Shown in pieces: positions 1-11,186 of a stretch of 64,000 nucleotides of DNA (positions are counted from its first letter, which is position 1; the number at the start of each line of letters is the position of its first letter). The notes under the pieces were generated by a model, which was not told where the DNA came from, did no database searches, and saw only the letters and a program-made list of their open reading frames with translations. The DNA comes from Spirochaetia bacterium. Its GTDB lineage: Bacteria; Spirochaetota; Spirochaetia; DSM-16054; Sediminispirochaetaceae. The position numbers were made by a program, and so were the translations under genes. The stretch spans positions 224,001 through 288,000 of the forward strand of contig JAXHMY010000002.1 of assembly GCA_034520965.1 (NCBI GenBank), written 5' to 3'.

Positions 1-145
1 TTAATTTACGAAGCGATACCTGGGTACCCTCACCGCAATCGAACAGAAACAAATCACCCTCGCGGCGCAGCAGCATGGAGGTGAGGAAACGATTGGGAAG
101 GGGCATCATGCCGCCGGTCCCGAGAATAAAAAGTTCTAGATTCAT
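1..145 (-). CDS. rnz: Ribonuclease Z, 5' part (runs off the window)
   Basis: Manual translation from ATG at 145: [42 protein letters not shown], with the LGTG and DCGEGTQ motifs of RNase Z. Confidence 0.9.
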   Translation of the reverse strand, partial: MNLELFILGTGGMMPLPNRFLTSMLLRREGDLFLFDCGEGTQVSLRKL

Positions 146-192
146 GGGTAAACACCTGATTTTTGACGAATGTATATGCTTATAATATAAAG

Positions 193-224
193 AGGTGGGT
201 GAAATGACAAGCATCCACCCACCT
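193..224 (-). terminator. Hairpin downstream of clpC, probable terminator
   Basis: AGGTGGGTG (193-201) pairs with CACCCACCT (216-224), followed on the minus strand by CTTTATATT. Confidence 0.5.
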
Positions 225-230
225 GGGTAG

Positions 231-2732
231 TTAATTATTTATTGAAGCGTGATCCGGCACCTGTTCCGGCTGTTTTGCGGTAAAGTTAATTTTTCCTTTC
301 CGCATATTCAGGATCAACCGGGTTCCACTCGTACATTTGCCTTCCAGCATCTGCATAGAGATGGGATCTTCTATCTCTTTGCTTATGAGGCGCCTAAGCG
401 GTCGTGCGCCGTATTTGGCATCGTAGCCGTTATCAATAAGGTAATCCTTGACGGACTGCTTTACTTCCATGATGATATTCATCTCGAGCAGCCGCAGGGA
501 AACCTCAGACAGCATAATATCAAGAATCTTGCTAACTTCTTCTCGATTCAGACTCTGGAATACCACTATCTCATCTACCCGGTTAATAAACTCGGGACGG
601 AAGGCTCGCCGCATTTCGTTCAGAGCCGAAGCCTTGATATCTTTATAGTCAAAAACTCCTTCCTTCACCTGGAAACCAAGGGTTCCTTCGTGGGATATTT
701 CTCGGGCACCTGCATTGGAAGTCATGATCACAACCGTATTGCGGAAGGATACCTTATGTCCCAGATTGTCATGCAGTTCCCCCTCTTCCAATACCTGCAG
801 CAGCAGGTTAAATACATCGGGGTGGGCCTTTTCAATCTCGTCCAGCAGTATTACAGAATAAGGTCTTCGACGGATTTTTTCGGTGAGTAAACCACCCTCT
901 TCGTATCCGACATAACCGGGAGGAGCTCCGACTAGGCGGCTGACATTGTGTTTTTCCATATAGTCGGACATGTCGATTCGAATCAATGATTCGTCATTTC
1001 CAAATAAAAATTGTGCAAGAGTTTTTGCAAGCAGAGTCTTACCCACACCGGTCGGTCCTAGGAAAATAAAAGAACCCAGCGGACGTTTGGGTGAGTTAAG
1101 CCCAGTTCTAGATCGGCGAATACTAGAAGCGATTGCTCCAATGGCTTCATCTTGCCCGATGATCGTTTTATGCAGCTCATCTTCAATGCGCAGCAGTTTT
1201 TCAGACTCACTTTGAGCGATTCGTTCCAAGGGTATGCCGGTGATATTCGAGATAATACTCTGAATGTCTTCTTCGTCCACCACATTTTTCTCGTTCTTAA
1301 GTGATTTTTTCCAACCCTTTTTAATTTCTTCGACCCGCCCCTTAATTTGACGAACCGTATCACGAACTGCTGCGGCTTTTTCATAATCCTGATTATTGAC
1401 CAGGTTAATTTTTTCGTCCGTCAGTCGTGCTATCTCTTCTTCAAGTTCCGCCAGTTCTTTTGGCCGCACGGTATTATTGATTCTCTTGTAAGAACCGGCC
1501 TCATCTATTAAATCTATCGCTTTATCCGGCATAAAACGGTCGGTAATATAACGTCCCGACAGTCTGGCCGCCTCTCCGACAGCCTTTTCTGTGTAAGTGA
1601 CATTGTGATGGTCTTCGTATTGGTCTTTAATTCCATTCAAGATTTCAATTGTTTCATCAATAGAAGGTTCCTCGACAAAAATTGTCTGAAACCTTCTCTC
1701 CAGGGCAGCATCTTTCTCGATATATTTACGGTACTCGTTGTGGGTAGTCGCACCTATCGTTTGGAGCTCCCCCCTTGAGAGAGCCGGTTTAAGCATATTT
1801 GATGCATCGATGGCACCCTCTGCCCCACCGGCACCGATTATGGTGTGGAGTTCATCAATAAACAGAATTACATTAGCAGCGTTTGAAATTTCTTTCATAA
1901 CCTTTTTCAGGCGTTCTTCAAACTCTCCACGGTACTTCGTTCCTGCGATAAGCGAGGCGATATCAAGGGTCACCACCCGTTTTCCAAGCAGAACCTCCGG
2001 AGCGCTTCCCTCTTCAATCTGCTGCGCAAGCCCTTCTACGATTGCCGTTTTGCCAACGCCCGGTTCTCCGATAAGTACCGGGTTATTTTTTGTGCGTCGA
2101 GCCAGAATCTGAATTACCCGCTGTATTTCCCAGCTGCGCCCGATAACCGGATCAAGCTTATTCTCGCGGGCATATTCGGTTAGGTCCCTGGCAAACTCAT
2201 CAAGTGTCGGGGTGCCCTTACCACTGGTCTGGCCAGTTTTTCTTTTTGGAGCAGCTTGTTGGCCGGCCCCTTTTTTGCGCATATTCCCGCTGCCCCTGAG
2301 TTCGGTTATTGTATCTCGGATCGTTTCTACTGATACCGACTGTTTGACAAGAAATCTCTGAACCACGCTGCCGGACTCTTTAGACGCGGCCAGGAAAAGG
2401 TGTTCGGTACCTATGTATTCATGGCCCATACTGCGCGCTTCTTCGGCCGCATCTTCCAATACCTTTTTGCCCCTGTGAGACGGGGGTACATCGCCTAAAA
2501 TAAAACCGGCGTGTTTTTTGGGAATACTTTTTTCTATTTCGGTTTGCAATTCACCGGGATCTATCTTTAAATTCGTGAGAGCTTTGTATCCTAAACCCTC
2601 ACCATCCTTTAGAAGTGCAAGAATTATATGTTCAGGAAGCAGTTGGTCGGAATGGAACCGCTTTGCCTCTTCCTGTGCGAATATTGTCAATATTCTTTGT
2701 GCCCGTTGGGTCAGTCCTTTAAACATCGGCAT
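231..2732 (-). CDS. clpC: ATP-dependent Clp protease ATP-binding subunit ClpC
   Basis: Clp N-domain, two AAA+ modules ([16 protein letters not shown]), UVR coiled coil; downstream of mcsA/mcsB; alternative start at 2726. Confidence 0.95.
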   Translation of the reverse strand: MPMFKGLTQRAQRILTIFAQEEAKRFHSDQLLPEHIILALLKDGEGLGYKALTNLKIDPGELQTEIEKSIPKKHAGFILGDVPPSHRGKKVLEDAAEEARSMGHEYIGTEHLFLAASKESGSVVQRFLVKQSVSVETIRDTITELRGSGNMRKKGAGQQAAPKRKTGQTSGKGTPTLDEFARDLTEYARENKLDPVIGRSWEIQRVIQILARRTKNNPVLIGEPGVGKTAIVEGLAQQIEEGSAPEVLLGKRVVTLDIASLIAGTKYRGEFEERLKKVMKEISNAANVILFIDELHTIIGAGGAEGAIDASNMLKPALSRGELQTIGATTHNEYRKYIEKDAALERRFQTIFVEEPSIDETIEILNGIKDQYEDHHNVTYTEKAVGEAARLSGRYITDRFMPDKAIDLIDEAGSYKRINNTVRPKELAELEEEIARLTDEKINLVNNQDYEKAAAVRDTVRQIKGRVEEIKKGWKKSLKNEKNVVDEEDIQSIISNITGIPLERIAQSESEKLLRIEDELHKTIIGQDEAIGAIASSIRRSRTGLNSPKRPLGSFIFLGPTGVGKTLLAKTLAQFLFGNDESLIRIDMSDYMEKHNVSRLVGAPPGYVGYEEGGLLTEKIRRRPYSVILLDEIEKAHPDVFNLLLQVLEEGELHDNLGHKVSFRNTVVIMTSNAGAREISHEGTLGFQVKEGVFDYKDIKASALNEMRRAFRPEFINRVDEIVVFQSLNREEVSKILDIMLSEVSLRLLEMNIIMEVKQSVKDYLIDNGYDAKYGARPLRRLISKEIEDPISMQMLEGKCTSGTRLILNMRKGKINFTAKQPEQVPDHASINN

Positions 2733-3798
2733 CCTCCTTGTAAGCGCTCAATGCATGCTGTACGAGGCGCGCCCGTAAACTCTTTATGTACTGGGAAGTT
2801 TCCTCCTGCTGTTCATGACCGGCAATTTGCTGCAAATGAGCCTTACCAACCAGCACTAACAGTGCATTCATAATCTGAATCGGAACTTCTATCCATCCCA
2901 GCGCCACACCTAATCGTACATCCGAAAGCAGGTTAATTGCTTCCTTTTCCTGCAACAATCTGCAATTAATTAAAGTTCCGTAGGCTCGATATACTATATC
3001 CTCGAGTTCTATTCTACGGTGTCTTTTCATCTCGTCACGCGCCTTCTGTTCATAATCTACTAACTGAGATGATAGGCGTGCAAGCTTTTCGACTATATCT
3101 TTTTCATTTTCTCCAATTGCAACCGGATTATACACCTGATAGAGCGATCCAAGAGAACCCTCATCATCACCAGTAAAACCTCGTACCTCTAATCCGGCGT
3201 CCATAACTCGGCGGAATGCCCTTTCAAGCACCGAAGAGTATTTAAGCGCCGGCAAATGCAGAAGCACTGAAACCTGCAGACCGGTACCGCAGTTCTTTAA
3301 GTCTGAACTCAGATACCCACGGTCAAGGGAAACTGCAAAGTTAAGTTGTTTCTCAAGCCGTCGTTCAATTGTGCTTACCCTTTCATAAGCTCGCTGAATT
3401 GATAAACCACCGGTGAACGCTGCCAGCTGCAGATGGTCGGTTTGGTTTACCGTAGCTGCAACTGAATCGTCTTTGTCAAAGACAACCAATTTTCTCTTTT
3501 CCAAAGAGTAGTTTTGTGACACAAAGTGTTTCTCTATCAGCTTACGCCGCTCGAGAACCGGTAGATCTTCCAACACCTTCACAGTTAAGTGTTCATCAAA
3601 ACGTATGCTCTTGAAGGCATTGCCGATATTTTCTTGTACTTCCAGTAGTTCTTTGTCGTTTAGTTTATGAGGAAAAAAATACCCGGAAAGGTTACGAGTG
3701 AGACGTGCACGGCTTGAAAAAACTACCTGCTGGTCTGGTCCTTCCTCGCTATACCATCCGGGGTGCTCCAAAATTGCTTGAAAATTTACCGCATTCAT
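2719..3798 (-). CDS. mcsB: McsB-like ATP:guanido phosphotransferase (protein arginine kinase family) with degenerate active site
   Basis: SSRARLTRNL, DHL, GYL...GTGL.VSVLLHLPAL motifs; lies between mcsA and clpC. Confidence 0.85.
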   Translation of the reverse strand: MNAVNFQAILEHPGWYSEEGPDQQVVFSSRARLTRNLSGYFFPHKLNDKELLEVQENIGNAFKSIRFDEHLTVKVLEDLPVLERRKLIEKHFVSQNYSLEKRKLVVFDKDDSVAATVNQTDHLQLAAFTGGLSIQRAYERVSTIERRLEKQLNFAVSLDRGYLSSDLKNCGTGLQVSVLLHLPALKYSSVLERAFRRVMDAGLEVRGFTGDDEGSLGSLYQVYNPVAIGENEKDIVEKLARLSSQLVDYEQKARDEMKRHRRIELEDIVYRAYGTLINCRLLQEKEAINLLSDVRLGVALGWIEVPIQIMNALLVLVGKAHLQQIAGHEQQEETSQYIKSLRARLVQHALSAYKEDADV

Positions 3799-4313
3799 TC
3801 TTCGATACCCTTATGAGGGTTCTGTTCCAGCTCCTCTATCTGATCTCGTATCAGCGCCGCCCTTTCATACTCTTCCTTTTGAACGGCCTCACTCAACTTA
3901 CTCTTTAATACTTCTTTATCGATTAAAATTGCTTTGTAGGCCTTGAGTTTTTCAGGAAATTTTCCTCGATGTATAGTTATATCCGTGTGATCGGATAAAA
4001 TAGTATCAATCTGATTGCGGAAGGCGGTATAGCACTCAGCGCAGCCGGCTGTCTCTTTTTCCTTGAGGTCGGTTAGGCTGGTTCCGCATTTTGGACATTC
4101 ATTGGTGACGGCAGTATCCCCTTCCTGAGTGAAAGATTCTACTAATCCACTCAGCAGCTGAGAGAGAGAGACTTCTCCATTTTCACTGTTTTCAAGAGCT
4201 ACACCTTTCTGTTTTGCACACTCCGAACACATATGGACTTCGTAAATTTCTCCGCCCATTATTTGCTGCACGTGGACAATAGCTTCATTCTCTCCACATA
4301 TATCACAAATCAT
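3795..4313 (-). CDS. mcsA: McsA, zinc-finger/UVR-domain protein
   Basis: Four CxxC motifs and C-terminal UVR motif EEYERAALIRDQI. Confidence 0.9.
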   Translation of the reverse strand: MICDICGENEAIVHVQQIMGGEIYEVHMCSECAKQKGVALENSENGEVSLSQLLSGLVESFTQEGDTAVTNECPKCGTSLTDLKEKETAGCAECYTAFRNQIDTILSDHTDITIHRGKFPEKLKAYKAILIDKEVLKSKLSEAVQKEEYERAALIRDQIEELEQNPHKGIEE

Positions 4314-4415
4314 TAAATCCTCCGTTTTCTCTCCTCCATTTTAGCATGAAATAACATATCGGGCTACTCCCTCCCACAATATACTACTTTACCTCTCAAT
4401 TGTGTATATAGAGTA

Positions 4416-5732
4416 TTAGTGTTTCCTTAATATCTCAAGTGGTTTTATCTTCCCCGCTCTCCGAGCTGGGAAATAGGCAGCCAGTGTAGAAGCTAACATT
4501 GTTCCCGCCCCAGTCAAGAAGATTTCAAAAAACTCTATACGAATTGGAATGGTTTCCAAATAAAAGGATTCATCAAACACCTTAATGTTCTCGCTATCTA
4601 CATCCCGAATCGGCGAAAAAAGCAACTCAAACCCCCTGTACATGAGGTTCAAAGAGCGCTCTAAACCGGAGAGTAAGCTGTTTATATGTACCGCCGCCAT
4701 CAGACCAATCGATACCCCTACTAAAGTAGCGGCAGTGCCGATCCATATTCCCGTGTACAAAAAAGATTTTGTAATGGTATGGGGCCTCACGCCGACACTT
4801 TTGAGCATGGCAATTTCCGGCTCCTTCTCTATCACCAACATTATCATAGAAGAGGAAATATTTACCGAGGCCACTAGTACAATCAGGGCCATAACAAAAA
4901 TCAACAGGTTCCGGGTAGTACGGAAGCTGTCAAGCATTGGCCGTTCAAGGTTATACCAGGTATACACATACCAATCATTTGATAATTTCTGCATCAATGT
5001 CTGAGCCACCTTCTGAGCCTCTTGATAGGGCTTTTCAAGTTTCACAGCAATTATATGACTGCCCGGTTCATTGAACAGTATCTTGCCGCTGTCGAGGGGT
5101 ATATACATGCTTAGCGCATCCAATTCATAGTAGCCGGTTGAAAATATTCCTCGCACGGTAAAGAAACTCGGTCTTAAAATAGGAGCCCTTCCGGGAACCG
5201 ATTTTGCGGTTAATAATCGAATTCTGTCTCCTACAGATACTTCTAGTTTCTCCGCTACCTGAGAACTCAGCATTGCATCCTGTTTGGAAACCAACTGAAA
5301 CTTGCCGGCATCAATGCTCAAAAACTCCCTGATGCCCTCGTCAGAGGTATAATAATCCTGGGGAAGCGCGCGCACCGATACCCCGGTCTTTCCCTTAGGA
5401 GAATATACCAGCCCTTCTCCAAATACTGTTGGAAATGCATTGCGAACACCGTCTACCCCAGCAACATTTTCTAAGGCAGTGGTACGTTCCTCTTCTGCGA
5501 GGGGTGAGTAGGTTTTTACCTGCAAATGATACGAGCCTATTTCTATAAATCTTCTGGTAATGCCCTCAATTAAACCGCCTGAAACCTGAATCACGGTTAT
5601 CAATGGCACCAGTGATAATCCGATTCCAAGGATGGCGCCTATCAGATGTTTACTAGTTTTGCTGCTTGTACCGGTCGATCGGGCACCGAATAAGATTTTA
5701 AGACCCAAATACGCCGGTGCTGATTCTCTCAT
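4416..5732 (-). CDS. LolC/E-family (FtsX-like) lipoprotein-releasing ABC permease
   Basis: N-terminal TM, periplasmic domain, C-terminal FtsX-type TMs ending PARRAGKIKPLEILRKH; adjacent to lolD. Confidence 0.85.
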   Translation of the reverse strand: MRESAPAYLGLKILFGARSTGTSSKTSKHLIGAILGIGLSLVPLITVIQVSGGLIEGITRRFIEIGSYHLQVKTYSPLAEEERTTALENVAGVDGVRNAFPTVFGEGLVYSPKGKTGVSVRALPQDYYTSDEGIREFLSIDAGKFQLVSKQDAMLSSQVAEKLEVSVGDRIRLLTAKSVPGRAPILRPSFFTVRGIFSTGYYELDALSMYIPLDSGKILFNEPGSHIIAVKLEKPYQEAQKVAQTLMQKLSNDWYVYTWYNLERPMLDSFRTTRNLLIFVMALIVLVASVNISSSMIMLVIEKEPEIAMLKSVGVRPHTITKSFLYTGIWIGTAATLVGVSIGLMAAVHINSLLSGLERSLNLMYRGFELLFSPIRDVDSENIKVFDESFYLETIPIRIEFFEIFLTGAGTMLASTLAAYFPARRAGKIKPLEILRKH

Positions 5733-6397
5733 TGCTCCTCCAGGCGACCTTCGCGCAGGTGATAATGAATATCCGTTTTTTCACTCAAGGACATATCATG
5801 GGTCACCACTACCAGCGTAGTTTGATACTCTTCAGCCAATTCAAACAAGAGATCTGCGACCACCTTTGAATGCCGCTCATCGAGGTTACCCGTCGGTTCA
5901 TCCGCCAACACGAGCTTTGGAGAATTGATGAGAGCCCTGGCAACCGCCACTCTCTGCCGCTCGCCCCCCGAGAGTTTTGATGGGTGAAAATCCTTACGTT
6001 TTTCCAGACCCACCTGGTCTAACAAATGATCAGCCCGTTCCAGGGCGCGCTGACGCCTCTCACCACCCATAAATGCCGGCAGCATTACATTTTCACGGGC
6101 ATTGAAATCTTTCATAAGATAGTGAAATTGGAATATAAAACCGACATGGCGATTGCGATAATTGCTCAGTTTCTCTTCACTGGCCGTTTCTATGTGCAGC
6201 CCCTCAACTGTGATCGATCCATAACTAGGATAGTCCAGTCCGCCTATTAAATTGAGAAGCGTGCTCTTTCCGCTCCCGCTTTCACCAGTGATGACCACAG
6301 TTTTTCCCTTTTCAAGGGTCATCGATATACTGTGTAAAATATGCAGCTCTTCTGGTCCGTTTTTGTAAAATTTTCCGACGTTATCTATTACAACCAT
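5729..6397 (-). CDS. lolD: LolD-like ABC transporter ATP-binding protein
   Basis: GESGSGKS, LSGGERQRVAVARAL, LADEPTGNLD. Confidence 0.85.
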   Translation of the reverse strand: MVVIDNVGKFYKNGPEELHILHSISMTLEKGKTVVITGESGSGKSTLLNLIGGLDYPSYGSITVEGLHIETASEEKLSNYRNRHVGFIFQFHYLMKDFNARENVMLPAFMGGERRQRALERADHLLDQVGLEKRKDFHPSKLSGGERQRVAVARALINSPKLVLADEPTGNLDERHSKVVADLLFELAEEYQTTLVVVTHDMSLSEKTDIHYHLREGRLEEQ

Positions 6398-6401
6398 ATT
6401 C

Positions 6402-7715
6402 CTACTCGTTTCTTAAGATTTCAGCGGGTCTAAACTCAGAAATACGTTTTGAGGCAGCGTAAGCCGCAATTACGGAAGCCCCGGTGGCAAATAGCACGAT
6501 TATCATCACATCGGTGTATAAAATGCGTACCGGTACCTCTTGCATGTAGAACGTTGCTGTAGAGAAAATTTCAACACTTCCACCTCCCCCCATCGGTACC
6601 AAGAAAAAGTGTATGAAATCAAGTAACCCATTCAGTAAAATTTCTAATGCCCAGAATACTTCATTTATGTGCAGGCTAATTGCCATACCAAGCATAGTTC
6701 CGCCGACAGCACCGATTATTCCAATCAATGCACCTTCTACCAAGAAAATATACCGCACCGAAATGTTCGAAGAACCGACAGCTCTAAGTATACCAATCTC
6801 TTCGCGCTTCTCCATCACCGACCGCTCCAGGGAGTTCTTTATATTTACCGCTACAACAACAAAGATGAGACCGAGTACTATCATCATCGTTAGTTTTTCT
6901 ACTCGCAGGGCACCGAAAAATGAGCGGTTGTACTCCCGCCAGGACTTCAACTGCACCGATTCCGCAATTGGCCTCACCCGGTCCCTCAGCTGTTGGAGTG
7001 CCTGCCGATCCTGATAGCGGCTTTTTAGCTTTATCCCGATTGTGGGGTCGGAATTGCCTGCATCAATCCGGTCTACATACTGATAATCAATAAAACAGAA
7101 GGCTGAGTCGTACTGGTAATAACCGCTTTCAAAAATCCCGGTCACCGTAAATCCTGTCTGCTGCGGATTAAGATTGGCAAAGGAGCTACCGGTCATGCTG
7201 ATCATCTGCACTGTATCACCGAGTCCGACACCCAGGATACTGGCCAGTTGCCGCCCGATTACGACTCCAGGACCAGAGTGGGCGTGAAGGGAAAATTCGC
7301 CATGCAGCAGGTTAAGTTGATCCATCAGACCCCGGTCCCGCAAGGCATGTTCTTCAGGTATCCCCCGTACCATGCTGGATTGGTAGTCGGAAAACTCACC
7401 CTGAACCAGGGTTTGTGAATCGATAAACTTTGAGTAGCTTCGAACCCCTTCCAACTGCTCTACACTGTCTATTACCTGTTGTACCTGTTCCTTATCGGAA
7501 AATTCACCTGTTATTCGAAGGTGATAGGAATTAATTTCCAGGATATCTTCAATAAAGCCAAGCTGGAGACCATTCATTACACTCAATACCGCTATCAGAG
7601 CCGTAACTCCCACTGCAATACCGAGTATCGAGAGAAAAGAGGGGGTTATCACACGTCCGTTGCGGCGGGATTGGATGTAACGCTTACCGATGTACACGAT
7701 CCATCTATAGTTCAT
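6402..7715 (-). CDS. LolC/E-family lipoprotein-releasing ABC permease
   Basis: GIAVGVTALIAVLSVMNG motif typical of LolC/E; ends RPAEILRNE. Confidence 0.85.
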   Translation of the reverse strand: MNYRWIVYIGKRYIQSRRNGRVITPSFLSILGIAVGVTALIAVLSVMNGLQLGFIEDILEINSYHLRITGEFSDKEQVQQVIDSVEQLEGVRSYSKFIDSQTLVQGEFSDYQSSMVRGIPEEHALRDRGLMDQLNLLHGEFSLHAHSGPGVVIGRQLASILGVGLGDTVQMISMTGSSFANLNPQQTGFTVTGIFESGYYQYDSAFCFIDYQYVDRIDAGNSDPTIGIKLKSRYQDRQALQQLRDRVRPIAESVQLKSWREYNRSFFGALRVEKLTMMIVLGLIFVVVAVNIKNSLERSVMEKREEIGILRAVGSSNISVRYIFLVEGALIGIIGAVGGTMLGMAISLHINEVFWALEILLNGLLDFIHFFLVPMGGGGSVEIFSTATFYMQEVPVRILYTDVMIIVLFATGASVIAAYAASKRISEFRPAEILRNE

Positions 7716-7729
7716 TTACTGGCTATCCT

Positions 7730-8812
7730 TTATTGATTATCCTGGAGTAATGAACTTCTGTTTAGCACTTCTTCGCCTTTATATTCGATTCTCGCCAGGG
7801 CTTCCCCATTCCGGTACAAAACTTCCGTTTTCCGTTCTTCTTCATGATAGAAGACTTCTTTTTGTAACTTTCCATTTCTAAATATCGTCTCATCTAGCTG
7901 CGAGCCTTCGCCCGGGATATATAAAATCCGCTCTTCCATTTCCGGCCCCTTTCGCTGTAACTCTGAAAGCCGGCCGTTTTGATACGTATATTCCTCACGA
8001 ATCGTTCCTTCAGGAGTTTCTATACTGCTATACAGCTTTCGCCCTTCATCACTGAAGACTGTATGGATCCGTTTTTCCTGTTCAAAAAACTGTTCTTCTA
8101 CTACCCTACCGTCTTCCTTACGGATAGCCTCTTTGCGGTAAGTTAAAGCTCCATCGCGGTATTTCTCCGTAACCTGCTGTTCATTTTCCTCATGGTTCAG
8201 TTCCTCATAGTTTATATAAAAAAAGTAACTCCACCCATCTTCTGTGAAATGCCACTGGGTCTGAGATTTCTCCCGCTGAGAACCTGAATAGATTCCTGCA
8301 ATCCGAGCTCCATTCTTATGTTCGGCACGCAGCACCTGTTGAAGAGCACCATCGCTCCCGCGGATATATTCTTCGGTCCACTCTTTTTCATCCTGGATTA
8401 CTCTCACACCCCGCAGCTGCCCCTTCTCCCATTCATATACACGCCGCTCCACCGCTCTGGGGGTAATTATTCGCTCTTCCTGCAGCCGTCCGGCCTGTTC
8501 GATGCTCTCCCCGATTAAAGCCCCGTTCTCGTAGAAGCGTGCATATTTTACATCATTCTTCCACTCATATTCAGCCCGCTGGTACTCTTGGCCATCTTTA
8601 TACAACAACTCATCGACACGGGTTTTATTTGAGCTCCGCCTCAATACAAAGGGATGGTCGTCCAACCGGCGGGGAGAGATTTCCTCTAGGGCCATTCCTA
8701 AGCTATTGGAACGATAGTAACTAATATCCTGGGCCAGCGCCGCCACAGGGCTAAAGCAGAGACCGGGTAATGAAATAAAGATAATGCAGATAAGCTTCTG
8801 CCGACTATTCAT
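7730..8812 (-). CDS. Hypothetical exported protein with beta-hairpin-like (Y..G) repeats
   Basis: 360-aa ORF with signal-peptide-like N-terminus; overlaps the ftsY stop; same-strand operon. Confidence 0.6.
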   Translation of the reverse strand: MNSRQKLICIIFISLPGLCFSPVAALAQDISYYRSNSLGMALEEISPRRLDDHPFVLRRSSNKTRVDELLYKDGQEYQRAEYEWKNDVKYARFYENGALIGESIEQAGRLQEERIITPRAVERRVYEWEKGQLRGVRVIQDEKEWTEEYIRGSDGALQQVLRAEHKNGARIAGIYSGSQREKSQTQWHFTEDGWSYFFYINYEELNHEENEQQVTEKYRDGALTYRKEAIRKEDGRVVEEQFFEQEKRIHTVFSDEGRKLYSSIETPEGTIREEYTYQNGRLSELQRKGPEMEERILYIPGEGSQLDETIFRNGKLQKEVFYHEEERKTEVLYRNGEALARIEYKGEEVLNRSSLLQDNQ

Positions 8813-9704
8813 TAGAAAGCAGTATATCTAAAAACCGCTGTGTATTGAACGGTTCGATATCACCGTATTTTTCTCCTGTACCCATAAAATAAAAGGGTAT
8901 CTGCAGTCGACGGCAAATTGAGATTACCACTCCACCCTTAGAGGCGGAATCATATTTGGCCAAGACAGCACCATCCAAACCGATAGCCTCATGAAACATT
9001 TCAGCTTGGCGGAGCCCATTCTGCCCGGTAGTGGCATCTATCACCAGCATCTTTTTATACACTCCGTCACCAAGCCGGTTTTTAATGACCTTATCGATCT
9101 TCTGAAGTTCCCGCACAAGGTTGGCCTTTGTATGCATTCTGCCGGCGGTATCCACCAGAATAAGCGGCACATTATTGGTGCGGGCGCTGCTAATTCCATC
9201 GTAGATAACCGCCCCCGGATCTGCTCCCGGATTCTGCCGCACTACCCGAAACTGCAGCCGTTTTCCGTGCTCCTGCAGCTGATCGATAGCTGCGGCGCGG
9301 AAAGTATCGGCCGCTACCAACAGGCTTTCTACCTGCTGCTCCCTTCGATAATAGTGGGCAAGTTTCGCCAAACTGGTTGTTTTACCTACTCCATTTACCC
9401 CCATCATCAGCAGAAGAGTGGGTCGAGAGGTATCTATCGGCAACTGCTCGGTTATCAGATAACCCTCCAGTTTTTCTCTTATAAGTGCAGTGACATCTTC
9501 ACTGGTTTTAACTTTATTAGAACGAACGGCTTTACCAACCTCATCTACTATCTCCATAGCTGATTGGGCTCCGATATCACCTTCTATCAGCTGATCTTCC
9601 AGACTTTCAAGAAACTCCTCGGTCCCAACTGAGCGGTTAAATAGTGCGCGTAAGAACCCCTTTTTTTTCACCCTAAGTGTCTCCTTCAATGTGTTTATAA
9701 CCAT
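8805..9704 (-). CDS. ftsY: Signal recognition particle receptor FtsY
   Basis: GVNGVGKTT, DTFRAAA, DTAGR, DATTGQN motifs. Confidence 0.95.
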   Translation of the reverse strand: MVINTLKETLRVKKKGFLRALFNRSVGTEEFLESLEDQLIEGDIGAQSAMEIVDEVGKAVRSNKVKTSEDVTALIREKLEGYLITEQLPIDTSRPTLLLMMGVNGVGKTTSLAKLAHYYRREQQVESLLVAADTFRAAAIDQLQEHGKRLQFRVVRQNPGADPGAVIYDGISSARTNNVPLILVDTAGRMHTKANLVRELQKIDKVIKNRLGDGVYKKMLVIDATTGQNGLRQAEMFHEAIGLDGAVLAKYDSASKGGVVISICRRLQIPFYFMGTGEKYGDIEPFNTQRFLDILLSNE

Positions 9705-9710
9705 AAATTA

Positions 9711-11186
9711 TCAGTATTCTTGCGAGCTTTTAATATACTGCCGCATGTGCAGGAACGTGTCGGTTAAAAGGATACCGTTTAACAGCAGACTGCCAGCGTA
9801 GGCAGTGTACCATAAAGTAGATCGGGCGTGCAATCTTTGCAATTCCCCAGAGCTCGCGGATGGTTCAGATAAAGCCGAGTTATATGCGTAGGCATATTCA
9901 CTGCTTTGGCCGTAACTAATTACGGTCAAGGGCAGGCTGATTAAAAAAGCGGCTAAACCCTGATAAAATCTGTCTCTTGAGTTCTCGACCACCGCATCAA
10001 TATCAATAGCCCTCGGATGGAGCTGCGCCGTTAAAGCGGTAGACTCACCCTCCATTACATACAATCTATCCGAATACCCCTCCTTACTTATAAGCATACT
10101 TGCGGGGGGAACCTGTTCTTTAAGAAGTAAGGGTGTTCTGCCAACCTGTCTTGATCCTAAAAAAACAGCGGCTCCGGAGGGTTCACTTTTAATTAACCAG
10201 GTTTGAGGGGTCTCTTTTTCCAGAAGCACCTTGACCTCTTCGGTACTTCCCGCATCGGCATCAATGAGCATACTTTGGGTGATGTAGCCGTCGTCACGAA
10301 CTTCAATAGTATGCAGCCCAGGTTCCACATATCTTATAGTACCTGTTTCATCAAGTTCAGCGATGGCTCCGTCCACATACACCTCTGCAGTAACCGGTTC
10401 TACTTCTAGGTTGATATCTGCCCACTCCCGGCCATACAGAAAGGTTCGCAGGGCCTTTGTGATATCATTCACAAGGTTTTCACTTTCTCTTGGAAAAAAA
10501 GAGTCCCTGTAAATGGTCCGACTCTGATTTGTTGCCCTTAGATACGCCTTAACCTCTATATACAAAAGCTCTTCAAGAGGTTCTATACGTCCCTGAATAA
10601 GGCAGTCAACATCCTGCTCCTCAGCCCAGATCTTCAGCGGCAGTTGAGGAGGGTCATATAACTCTCCCTCCTGGTTGTGTTCTGAGAGAACCACCCTCTG
10701 TTGCGACGGAACCTTCCATACCGCAGCAGGTTCCGACTTCAGCTCTTGTATTTTTATCCGCAGAGCTTCAATTTCCTGTTCGAGCTTTTTAAGTGGGTCG
10801 TCGGACGCAGAAACTTCCTGCTCGATAAATTTGGTGGCTCGCTCTACGAGCACACTATGCAGTTTATTTTCTAACTGAATCAGCTCCTGCTGTTTAAGCT
10901 GTTCCCTGCTTCCGGTAATTTCGTCTTTATCAAGAAAATGGAAGGGACAGCGAAGCACAGGCTGAAACAGATCAACCGGCACCGCATAGGTAAACCGTGC
11001 GTTCTCGTCTAAGAGATCCTCTCCCTTAAAGCGTGCCAAGCCGACTGACCAGTCTTTCTGGCCCCCCTCAAACTCTGTGTCCGCCGACATCTGGGCATTC
11101 ACAAGCTGTACGCTAAAAAAAATGCTGAAAATGATACTGGGAATTATAAAAAAGTTCCGCAGTAGAGCACTAGACAAATTATCCAT
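9711..11186 (-). CDS. PEGA-domain membrane protein
   Basis: Two PEGA-like repeats (VEPVTAEVYVDG; SEPSGAAVFLG..VGRTPL) and C-terminal TMs; ATG at 11186 overlaps the upstream gene's end. Confidence 0.7.
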   Translation of the reverse strand: MDNLSSALLRNFFIIPSIIFSIFFSVQLVNAQMSADTEFEGGQKDWSVGLARFKGEDLLDENARFTYAVPVDLFQPVLRCPFHFLDKDEITGSREQLKQQELIQLENKLHSVLVERATKFIEQEVSASDDPLKKLEQEIEALRIKIQELKSEPAAVWKVPSQQRVVLSEHNQEGELYDPPQLPLKIWAEEQDVDCLIQGRIEPLEELLYIEVKAYLRATNQSRTIYRDSFFPRESENLVNDITKALRTFLYGREWADINLEVEPVTAEVYVDGAIAELDETGTIRYVEPGLHTIEVRDDGYITQSMLIDADAGSTEEVKVLLEKETPQTWLIKSEPSGAAVFLGSRQVGRTPLLLKEQVPPASMLISKEGYSDRLYVMEGESTALTAQLHPRAIDIDAVVENSRDRFYQGLAAFLISLPLTVISYGQSSEYAYAYNSALSEPSASSGELQRLHARSTLWYTAYAGSLLLNGILLTDTFLHMRQYIKSSQEY

